From the NCBI GenBank assembly GCA_038113685.1, contig JAYNPH010000004.1:1-41233 (forward strand): DNA of 41,233 nt, given 5' to 3'. Positions within the stretch are counted from its first letter, which is position 1, and each line of letters begins with the position of its first letter. Made by a program: the position numbers and the translations under genes. The notes below the pieces were generated by a model. That model did no database searches. It saw only the letters and a program-made list of their open reading frames with translations, and was not told the origin of the DNA. This DNA is from Gammaproteobacteria bacterium (GTDB taxonomy: Bacteria; Pseudomonadota; Gammaproteobacteria; Pseudomonadales; Azotimanducaceae). Of this stretch, positions 8,918 through 16,707 are shown piece by piece.

Positions 8918-10303
8918 TTATTCCGGCACCGCCAACGCTTCTGCTTTGAGGTTAGCAAGCGCAGGACTATCGGGCACCAAGGTTGGCGTGATAAAAACCA
9001 ACAGCTCCTGCTGATCTTTACGTTTGATCTTGCGCCGAAACAAGCGGCCCACAACGGGCAGGTCTCCAAAAATCGGTGTTTTGCGTCGGGCATCATTCTC
9101 GTCCTCCTGCAAAATACCCCCCAGAACCAAAGTCTGTCCGTTTCCAACCAGCACATTCGTTTGCATCTCGTTAGTGTTGATCGACGGCACGCCATTGAAG
9201 ATCTGGCCTACGGTGTCTTGCTTTACCTCGATCTGCATCAGGATGTTGCCGTCTGGTGTAACCAGATGCCGTACATGCAAAGACAACACCGCATCTTTAA
9301 ATGACGTGGACGTGGCTCCGCTACGGCTGGTTTCCTGATAGGGAATTTGGACGCCGGACTGGATGGATGCCAGCGATTGATCAATGGTCAGAATTTTAGG
9401 CTTAGCCAAGACCCGCGCTCGACCCTGCTCAACCAAGGACGATAGCCGCGCGTCTATGGCCACACCGGGGCGCAATACCCCCAGCGACAAAGTCGACGCC
9501 GGAGAAGCCGTGGACAAAGCGGTACTGGCGACCACGCTATTGATCGAGCCGGTGCCAACTTTTGCAGCGCCGCCGGCAGACCCTGCTGAGCGAAATGCCG
9601 CCTGCCACGCAACACCAAGCTGTTGGTTCAGACTGTCACTGGCAGTCACTATCCGCGCTTCGATTGCGACCTGAGAAAGAGGCACGTCCAACAATTCTAC
9701 CAAACGGCGAAGGGAATCCAGCCGACCCGGCAGATCCCGAATGATCAAGGCATTTAAGCGCTCGTCCACGAAAACACGGCCCCGCTCCGACAAGCCCGCT
9801 TTTTCCGCGGCTAAATACTTATGCAGGAGATTAGCCCGCGCGTAACGGACACGAAGTACGACGGTTTGCAAAGGCGCGAGCTGCTCAACCGTTTGCGCAT
9901 CGCTCAGCGCTTGAGTTTCCTGAGCCGCAAGCATTTCAGCGGGCGCCACGAAGCGGATACCCTGCCCAACTCTTTCAGCAAGCCCGGCGGCTGACAAGAC
10001 AGTAGACCAAGCATCCGGCCAAGCCACCTCTACTAGGTTAAGGGACAATGTGCCGGATACCTCATCACTGACCAGCACGCTGATGCCTTTCTGATGGGCG
10101 AGTAGCTGGAGCAAGTCCCGCACCGGTGCATCCTGAAGCTGTAGGCTTAAACGCAGATCGGCATTTGAAGCGGAAAAGGAGTCGGAACCGGCAAGGGTCG
10201 GGGCGTTTTCAGATGTCTGCCCAACGGTTAGCGGAAAAATCAAAGCCAGCGCGCAAAATACCGCCGGAACGAAGATACGCACCATCCAAGAGGCCTTATT
10301 CAT
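8918..10303 (-). CDS. pilQ: Type IV pilus / DNA-uptake secretin, short PilQ/HofQ type
   Basis: 461 aa; N0 (LSLQLQDAPVRDLLQLLA), N3 (VRYARA...DERLNALII), secretin core (QVAIEARIV, GQTLVLGG, PIFGDLPVVGRLFR, ELLVFITP); located upstream of aroK. Confidence 0.92.
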   Translation of the reverse strand: MNKASWMVRIFVPAVFCALALIFPLTVGQTSENAPTLAGSDSFSASNADLRLSLQLQDAPVRDLLQLLAHQKGISVLVSDEVSGTLSLNLVEVAWPDAWSTVLSAAGLAERVGQGIRFVAPAEMLAAQETQALSDAQTVEQLAPLQTVVLRVRYARANLLHKYLAAEKAGLSERGRVFVDERLNALIIRDLPGRLDSLRRLVELLDVPLSQVAIEARIVTASDSLNQQLGVAWQAAFRSAGSAGGAAKVGTGSINSVVASTALSTASPASTLSLGVLRPGVAIDARLSSLVEQGRARVLAKPKILTIDQSLASIQSGVQIPYQETSRSGATSTSFKDAVLSLHVRHLVTPDGNILMQIEVKQDTVGQIFNGVPSINTNEMQTNVLVGNGQTLVLGGILQEDENDARRKTPIFGDLPVVGRLFRRKIKRKDQQELLVFITPTLVPDSPALANLKAEALAVPE

Positions 10304-11405
10304 TATTAGCGCCTGTTGCAGTGCCCTTGCGTAAACTCGGCATCAACACAGGCTCCAGCCTCAGGACCGTTGGACCCTGCTCTTTGGAGTACAAAACCCC
10401 CCGACTCTTGCTGAGTTCCACGAGTCGTAAACGACTGGAGGAAACCTCCGCGTCATTGGCCGCAACGACTAGGGAACCTGACGCGCCCCGAAAAACCGCC
10501 TGCTGAATCGCCTTGTTGTCCGCGTCCATTCTTTCTATCACCCCAACGAGACGAATCTGTTCCAGCGCAAGATCGGCAAACACTCGATGAGATTCGGTCA
10601 GCCGCCCGCCCTCGGGGCTCGTGCCGGCACAAGTGGCGTCGGTGTCGGCAATCAGCGCCTGCAAGGATGGCAGCGCGCTTGGAATCTCCGGCTGAGTTTC
10701 AAAACGTCCGTCTGCGGGAACTTGCGCAGTCAATGGCTGGATTGCCGAGGAGACCCAAGCGCCTTGACGAAACGTCAGCATGGCGGTCACTTGTGCGCGC
10801 TCAGCAGTTGCGGGGAGCCGGACAGATGCAGAGCCGACAGGCCAGATATCCAGCGCATCAATCCAAAGAGCGTGGCTTGCCAGCCGACCCAACAGGCGGC
10901 CTAGATCGGCCGCTGCCCCTACCACGCGCCACTCGTAGCCACGCTGGGCTAAATACCCGTGGTGTTGGCTTTCCGCCCGGGCCGTGTTCATGGCGGTGAC
11001 GATGGAGGGCGGTTCTTTGCGGCTCATCCCCGTGTGTTTGAGTCCTTGGGTCGAGACGCCAAGACTGGTGGCAAGATCAACCAAATCCCGCAGCCAAACC
11101 TTATCTGAGTGCCACGCTGGAAAACGCCGCAAAACTTGCCGATGCTCTTCGCCGCTGACCTTGTGCTGGGCAGATCCCGTAGCGGACCCCACCTTCGACT
11201 CCAGTTGCGCAGCCAACTCCGCCGCCTGCCCTACAAAAGACTCATCCAGCCGATGCGTTGGCAGTACCCAAACCACAAAGGTCAAAACACCGGGCATACA
11301 GCCAAGGAAGATCATGCTGCTGCAACGCAAAAACGGCGGCAGTACGGCAATGTTTGCCGTCAGCGAAACCAGCATACCTTTGGCGCTCGACCAGGAACTA
11401 CTCAA
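10296..11405 (-). CDS. Divergent PilO-PilP fusion protein (putative)
   Basis: 369 aa; N-terminal TM; PilO-like WLRDLVDLATSLGV and WRVVGAAADLGRLLGRLASH; PilP-like C-terminus FADLALEQIRLVGVI...AVFRGASGSLVV...RLVELSKSRGVL; sole ORF between the PilN-like sequence and pilQ; start uncertain (TTG 11405 or ATG 11375). Confidence 0.65.
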   Translation of the reverse strand: MSSSWSSAKGMLVSLTANIAVLPPFLRCSSMIFLGCMPGVLTFVVWVLPTHRLDESFVGQAAELAAQLESKVGSATGSAQHKVSGEEHRQVLRRFPAWHSDKVWLRDLVDLATSLGVSTQGLKHTGMSRKEPPSIVTAMNTARAESQHHGYLAQRGYEWRVVGAAADLGRLLGRLASHALWIDALDIWPVGSASVRLPATAERAQVTAMLTFRQGAWVSSAIQPLTAQVPADGRFETQPEIPSALPSLQALIADTDATCAGTSPEGGRLTESHRVFADLALEQIRLVGVIERMDADNKAIQQAVFRGASGSLVVAANDAEVSSSRLRLVELSKSRGVLYSKEQGPTVLRLEPVLMPSLRKGTATGANNE

Positions 11406-13272
11406 CGGTAGTTTCCGCGCCCAAAGGATCAGTCTTTAACGACGGTCCTGATTGATCTGGAGCGAAGGCCACGCGCAAGACAAAGTCGTTGTCCTTGCTG
11501 CCATGAGCGGGAGAGGCCGGCGAGGGGTCTGGGCTAACGGCGTAGGCGCCAGTTGCGGCATCGGATCCCGTGAGCAAGACAGGCCAGGATTCAAGTGATC
11601 TGTCTTGATCTTTACTAAAGGCAGCAAAGAGCTTCTCAGGAAGCGTCACCAAACGGTTCAGGTTCGATGCCAAACCAAAAACCGTTACCGAGTTCTTTGC
11701 GAGCGCAATTCTGTGAATCACAAAACACTCGGGCAGTAACGCCAGCAGCGCCTCAACGTTTAATAATTGACGCTGACCATAGGCGCCATGTGCCGCAAGC
11801 CCCTCCAGCGCAGCGCGACGGGCTGCTAGTGCATGGTCCCGGGCCTGCGCCCGTTCTTGGGCCTGCACAATTTGGTCATGCTCCGCGCGAACAGAAAGCA
11901 GCATCTGGTAGCTCGTGTCTGCTTTGCGCTGCAGCTTGTCGAGCCACAGGTAAGCGAACCCCGAGAACAGCACAGCATATGCGATGAGTTGGCAGAACAA
12001 TCGGCCTTGGCGCTGTCGCAGCCATGCACCTCGCCAAGGCAGCAGATTAATCTGCGGAGGAACATCGTTTCCTTGCCAGTCACCCGAGGGCTGATGGCTA
12101 CCCTGCAAGGCACTTCCCAAGGCAATAACCGAAGACACGTCTAATGCTGGCGGCCGATAGCGTGTGCCACAGGACCAGCGTGACAATGTGTTGTCATAGA
12201 CAGTGCGGATATTTGACAGAGAATCTGCAAACGCCTGTGTTGAGCCGTTCTTCGCGGTATCGCTCCCGGTCAGCCAAAGAACGATTGTTGCCTGTGCGTC
12301 CAAATTCAGAGTTTCTATGGCATCCAGCGAATCCAACGGACTGCGGCTTTGAAACCAAGAACCTGAATAAAGCCATAAGCTGGGCTGGATAGTGTCTTCT
12401 ACTAGCGCCCACTGATCGTGCAGAGGGCTTAAATCTGACTTGGATCTTTGCCACAGATGCATCAAGCCCCAGTACAAGGCCACGCCGTCCGGCGTCACGC
12501 CGGTAACAGGCAGCCCGTGACGCTGAAACTGATCTAACAAGCCGCGAGCCTCATACCCTGTCATCCACCAAAGTTGGGCTCGGGCAGTGGCAGACTCCGC
12601 GGCCGCTTTTTTGGGCACGTGCCCGAGCCTTCGTCCACCCCCCGGCACCGGCGAAGTAGGCAGCAGCCTGTAGTCAAAAATCGGTGGTTCCTGGGGTTTT
12701 GCCTGCTCGAACCAATTGTCGCCACGCCTTGAATCCGCCGGATCAGCGGCAGCGCGAGACAGGAATTGTCCGAGTTCTTGGGCTGCGGAAAAAACCAAGG
12801 CGCGACGCAGCTCCCCGGGGGTACTAACAACAACCTCAGCGCCCTTTGCCACCGTGGTGCTTACCCAGGCTTGAGGAAGCGCGACGGCGGCAGGCAGGCC
12901 GAACATACGCTCACAGCGTTGGTACAAAGAAGGGCCGTCAGGGTCTGACGCCAGCGAAACCTCGATATCGGCTAGCGCAAAGTCGGCCCCTGTCGCGTCC
13001 GTAGGTCCATAATCTGAGCCAGCGCTAACCCGCCGTTTATCCACGTAACAAACCGCTAAGGTTTCACCCCGAGAGCAAAATCCAAGCACGCCAGCGCCAC
13101 AGGGCGAAACACCAAACCCGAACCGCCTTAGACGCGCCAAAACCCGTATCAGAACTGTTGGGCCTCGATCAATCGAACCGTTCTGAATGTCGGTTACATA
13201 AATTCTGTCGGTTGCATCGCCTGCGTTCGTTCTGTCCGCCCCGCCGCCCTCGGTGATTAACCCTGTCATCAA
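11398..13272 (-). CDS. Divergent PilM-PilN fusion protein (putative)
   Basis: 624 aa; PilM-like remnants (AVALP, IFDYRLL, HGLPVTGVTPDGVAL, VIALGSAL), then the PilN signature INLLPWR at residue 408, TM, coiled coil and LLPECFVIHRIALAKNSVTVFGLA; divergent from mrcA like pilM; start uncertain. Confidence 0.7.
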   Translation of the reverse strand: MMTGLITEGGGADRTNAGDATDRIYVTDIQNGSIDRGPTVLIRVLARLRRFGFGVSPCGAGVLGFCSRGETLAVCYVDKRRVSAGSDYGPTDATGADFALADIEVSLASDPDGPSLYQRCERMFGLPAAVALPQAWVSTTVAKGAEVVVSTPGELRRALVFSAAQELGQFLSRAAADPADSRRGDNWFEQAKPQEPPIFDYRLLPTSPVPGGGRRLGHVPKKAAAESATARAQLWWMTGYEARGLLDQFQRHGLPVTGVTPDGVALYWGLMHLWQRSKSDLSPLHDQWALVEDTIQPSLWLYSGSWFQSRSPLDSLDAIETLNLDAQATIVLWLTGSDTAKNGSTQAFADSLSNIRTVYDNTLSRWSCGTRYRPPALDVSSVIALGSALQGSHQPSGDWQGNDVPPQINLLPWRGAWLRQRQGRLFCQLIAYAVLFSGFAYLWLDKLQRKADTSYQMLLSVRAEHDQIVQAQERAQARDHALAARRAALEGLAAHGAYGQRQLLNVEALLALLPECFVIHRIALAKNSVTVFGLASNLNRLVTLPEKLFAAFSKDQDRSLESWPVLLTGSDAATGAYAVSPDPSPASPAHGSKDNDFVLRVAFAPDQSGPSLKTDPLGAETTVE

Positions 13273-13421
13273 GCCACCATGGCGCCTTGTTTGAAATGAA
13301 GATCAGAGTGACAAGCGCGGAGTCAAATAACGAGACATCGGCGCTGATTTCTTTGTAAGCGTTTTCCTTAGACCGTCGGGCAAGATCCGACAACGGGGTC
13401 AGTGTTCTACCAGAGCTGTTT

Positions 13422-13430
13422 TGCTATGCT
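13422..13430 (+). promoter_or_regulatory. Putative extended -10 promoter of mrcA
   Basis: TGcTATGCT 44 nt upstream of ATG 13475. Confidence 0.45.
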
Positions 13431-13474
13431 CTCGCCGCAACGGCCGATCTTTTCCGGCAGCAGAAACCAGCGAT

Positions 13475-16150
13475 ATGAACAGCCCCAAGCGGTCTCCGCG
13501 CAAGCATCCGGTCTTAATAGTCCTCAGCATTTTTGCTTTGGCTGCTCTTTGCGCGGCGGTTATCGGGGCGTCAGCTGCGTATATCTATCTGGATCCACAG
13601 ATCCCTGAAGCTTCGACCTTCCGTAATGTCACATTAGAGGCACCGCTGCGCATCTATGCCAAAGACGGCGAGCTAATCGGCGAATTTGGTGAACGGCGTC
13701 TGATTCCAATTGCCCTAGAGGACGTGCCCCAAGATTTCATCAACGCGATTTTGGACACCGAAGACAAACGCTTCTATCAGCACAACGGCATTGACTACAT
13801 ATCCCTAGCCAACGACGTGACCCAACTCATAGCCAGTCTTGCAGGCATTGGTAACGAACGCCTTGGCGGGGCCAGCACCATCACTATGCAGCTCGCCCGC
13901 AATGTTTCTTTCACCCTAGAGCGCAGCTTTTTACGCAAATTCAAAGAAATGCTGCTATCACTGAAAATCGAGCAAGAACTTAGCAAGGACGAGATTCTTG
14001 AGCTGTATATCAATCTTGTTCCCTTTGGTAAGCGGGCCTACGGGGCCGAAGCCGCAGCGGTTACGTACTACGGTAAATCTCTTCACCAGTTAACCCTGCC
14101 CCAGCTCGCCATGCTGGCTGGCACCCCCCAGCGGCCAGAAGCCGGCAACCCCATCAACGGGCCCGAGTGGGCATTGCGCCGCCGCAATCAGGTGTTGGGG
14201 CGGATGCTTTCCCAAGAGTCCATAACTCGTGCCCAGTACGAGGAGGCAGTCGCCGCACCGATCACGGCTAAGGTATACGCCCGAGAACTGGACTTGCCCA
14301 GTCCGTACGTGTCTGAGTGGGCAAGACAACAGATTGTAAGCCTCGGCCTTGTGACGGATTTGTATACCGGTGGTTACGAAATTTTTACGACCTTGGACGG
14401 CGCGCAACAGCGGTCTGCGATGCAGGCGCTGCGACAGGGGTTGCTTAAGTACGATCATGATCACGGCTACCGCGGACCAGAAAACCGGGTATCCGCGCCG
14501 TTACTCAATGACATCGTTCAAACCTTTGGCAGCGACGAAGAGCAGCACCTAGCGTCGTTGGATTTACCGCAGCAATCAGATTTCGCAGCTCTGCCGACCA
14601 GTGAAAATTCCGAAACAAGGCAAGACCAGGTCGTTGAAAGCATCGTTGCCGCACTGGAAAACTTTACTTCCTTCGAGCAGCAAACGCCGGGGGTCGTTGT
14701 CACCGTTACCAACGACAATGCGGCGGTTGTGACAAAGGATGGTGAAATAGGAACAATTACCCTAGCGGCGAGCAAGTGGGCAAGAACCTACCTGTCGGTA
14801 GACGAACTCGGCCCAAGACCCCAACAGATGGCCGACATCGTCGCCGTCGGTGACATTGTGCGTGTAAACGCGCAGCCCCGAGATCAGCAAGCACCGGCAA
14901 CTTGGCTGCTGACTCAGCTACCAGAAATTCAGGGTGCATTGATCGCCATGGACCCTAACGATGGAGCCATACGCGCACTGGTGGGCGGCTACGATTTTTA
15001 TCGCAACCAATACAACTACGCCCTGCAAGCCCAACGTCAACCCGGATCAGGCTTCAAACCCTTCGTGTACAGCTCGGCCCTAAGTCGAGGCATTACCCCG
15101 GCAGATATCTTTCTTGATGCCCCCTTAGTTTTCGAGGACGCTAATCTGGAATCACAGTACCGGCCGGAAAACGACAACAACCGGTACAACGGACCCACCC
15201 GCTTACGCGAGGCTTTGTATCGATCCATCAACTTAGTCTCCATGCGCGTGCTGCTGAAAATCGGGGCGGGGCGGGTCCTCCGGGATGTGCGCAAATTCGG
15301 CTTCGATATGACGTCATTTCCGCGCAACACCCAGCTGGCCCTTGGTGGCGGCACGATGACGGTGGCCCCGGTCGATATGGTTCGAGCCTATGCCGTGCTG
15401 GCCAACGGCGGTTATTTAGTAGAACCCTACATCGTGGATCGACTGGTCGATCAGCAGGGCAACGTACTATTTGCCACAACACCTGCTCGGGTATGCCCGT
15501 CTTGCGAGAGCCAACAGGCAGAAGCAAAAAAAGAAAATCGCGCCACCAACGCCGACGAACCTTTAAAGGAAGCAGAGACGGATTGGCTTAGCTCAACAGT
15601 CCTCGACAAACTTTTGGCTGACGCCGAACGCGCAGAACCAACGGAACCGTCCGTCGTGGTAGCCCAACGCGTTCTGGACGAGCGTAATGCCTTTGTCATG
15701 CAATCGATGCTTCGAGACGTGATCAAGCTCGGCACCGGCAGGCGGGCTAGGGCATTGGGTCGAAATGATCTAGCCGGCAAAACCGGTACCACTAACGATG
15801 CGTCGGATACCTGGTTCAACGGCTTCAACTCCAGTCTCGTGGCCAGCGTTTGGGTGGGCTTTAAAGACCAAGAACCGTTAGGGCGAAACGCTTACGGCTC
15901 GAACATACCGCTTCCCATCTGGATTGATTTTATGCGTGACGCCTTGGACGGCGTGCCCGAGCAAGTGATGCCACAGCCTCCGGGGGTCGTAAATCTACGG
16001 GTAGATCGAGAAACCGGACAGCCAACGTACCCGAACAGTCGCTCTGCCATAGACGAGGTGTTTTTAGCGGAGTTTGCGCCGGACCCTGCACCGGCTATAG
16101 AAAAGGGCGACGCTACAAACGATGAGATTCGTGCGGTAGATTTGTTTTGA
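13475..16150 (+). CDS. mrcA: Penicillin-binding protein 1A
   Basis: TM anchor, transglycosylase EDKRFYQHNG and GASTITMQLARN, transpeptidase SGFK, SIN and KTG motifs; ATG 13475 preferred over TTG 13421. Confidence 0.96.
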   Translation: MNSPKRSPRKHPVLIVLSIFALAALCAAVIGASAAYIYLDPQIPEASTFRNVTLEAPLRIYAKDGELIGEFGERRLIPIALEDVPQDFINAILDTEDKRFYQHNGIDYISLANDVTQLIASLAGIGNERLGGASTITMQLARNVSFTLERSFLRKFKEMLLSLKIEQELSKDEILELYINLVPFGKRAYGAEAAAVTYYGKSLHQLTLPQLAMLAGTPQRPEAGNPINGPEWALRRRNQVLGRMLSQESITRAQYEEAVAAPITAKVYARELDLPSPYVSEWARQQIVSLGLVTDLYTGGYEIFTTLDGAQQRSAMQALRQGLLKYDHDHGYRGPENRVSAPLLNDIVQTFGSDEEQHLASLDLPQQSDFAALPTSENSETRQDQVVESIVAALENFTSFEQQTPGVVVTVTNDNAAVVTKDGEIGTITLAASKWARTYLSVDELGPRPQQMADIVAVGDIVRVNAQPRDQQAPATWLLTQLPEIQGALIAMDPNDGAIRALVGGYDFYRNQYNYALQAQRQPGSGFKPFVYSSALSRGITPADIFLDAPLVFEDANLESQYRPENDNNRYNGPTRLREALYRSINLVSMRVLLKIGAGRVLRDVRKFGFDMTSFPRNTQLALGGGTMTVAPVDMVRAYAVLANGGYLVEPYIVDRLVDQQGNVLFATTPARVCPSCESQQAEAKKENRATNADEPLKEAETDWLSSTVLDKLLADAERAEPTEPSVVVAQRVLDERNAFVMQSMLRDVIKLGTGRRARALGRNDLAGKTGTTNDASDTWFNGFNSSLVASVWVGFKDQEPLGRNAYGSNIPLPIWIDFMRDALDGVPEQVMPQPPGVVNLRVDRETGQPTYPNSRSAIDEVFLAEFAPDPAPAIEKGDATNDEIRAVDLF

Positions 16151-16201
16151 ACAATCCTCGGGCAAACCCGCGGCTTCACCCAAGGCGCTGAGCTCAGGCA
16201 C

Positions 16202-16226
16202 AAAAAAAGGAGGCTGCCCTCCTTTT
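16202..16226. terminator. Bidirectional intrinsic terminator between mrcA and rpmE
   Basis: AAAAAAAGGAGG-CTGC-CCTCCTTTT; T7 tail on the minus strand, T4 on the plus strand. Confidence 0.8.
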
Positions 16227-16352
16227 CATTCATCCGGTCTTTCATCGACCCGCTTTGCCAACCCTTCCTGTGACGGCTCTAAATCCGTCTTGGCGCCGAG
16301 GCCGGCAGTGCGCGTTTTCAAGACCCGCGACGGCGCGGATCAATACAGCAGA

Positions 16353-16571
16353 CTAGCTGCCGGAACTGGTGCGCTTGGCAAATCGCTGACGGAATTTCTC
16401 AACACGACCACCAGAATCGATCGTCTTTTGCTTACCCGTATAAAAGGGATGGCAGCTGGAGCAGACGTCCAAATGCAGGTCTTCCGCCAATGTTGAGCCA
16501 ACTTCCATTTTGTTACCGCAGCTACAGGTTGCCGTGATGGTGTGGTACTCGGGATGAATTTCAGCTTTCAT
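16353..16571 (-). CDS. rpmE: 50S ribosomal protein L31, zinc-binding form
   Basis: [12 protein letters not shown] and CSSC zinc ligands, [14 protein letters not shown]. Confidence 0.98.
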   Translation of the reverse strand: MKAEIHPEYHTITATCSCGNKMEVGSTLAEDLHLDVCSSCHPFYTGKQKTIDSGGRVEKFRQRFAKRTSSGS

Positions 16572-16596
16572 AACCGCTACTTGCTTGTTCTAAATC

Positions 16597-16613
16597 GGGC
16601 GCGAAGTTTAACA
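16597..16613 (-). promoter_or_regulatory. Putative rpmE promoter with extended -10 and GC-rich discriminator
   Basis: Minus strand TGtTAAACT followed by TCGCGCCC, typical of stringently controlled promoters. Confidence 0.6.
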
Positions 16614-16707
16614 GAAGCGTATGGCCCCGCAACTGTTCTGGAGGGCCAGACACGTAAGTTATTACCCAGAACTATCAAGAGTCGGCCCCGCCACCGTAGA
16701 ATGGGCT

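Noticed and set aside
13273-13420. CRP-S competence site upstream of the pil module
   Set aside because: No TGCGA-N6-TCGCA or TGTGA-N6-TCACA match found by eye
16230-16300. Resemblance of the rpmE downstream element to a c-di-GMP-I riboswitch
   Set aside because: Only GGCAAA-like fragments match, and it lies 3' of a gene with nothing downstream to control
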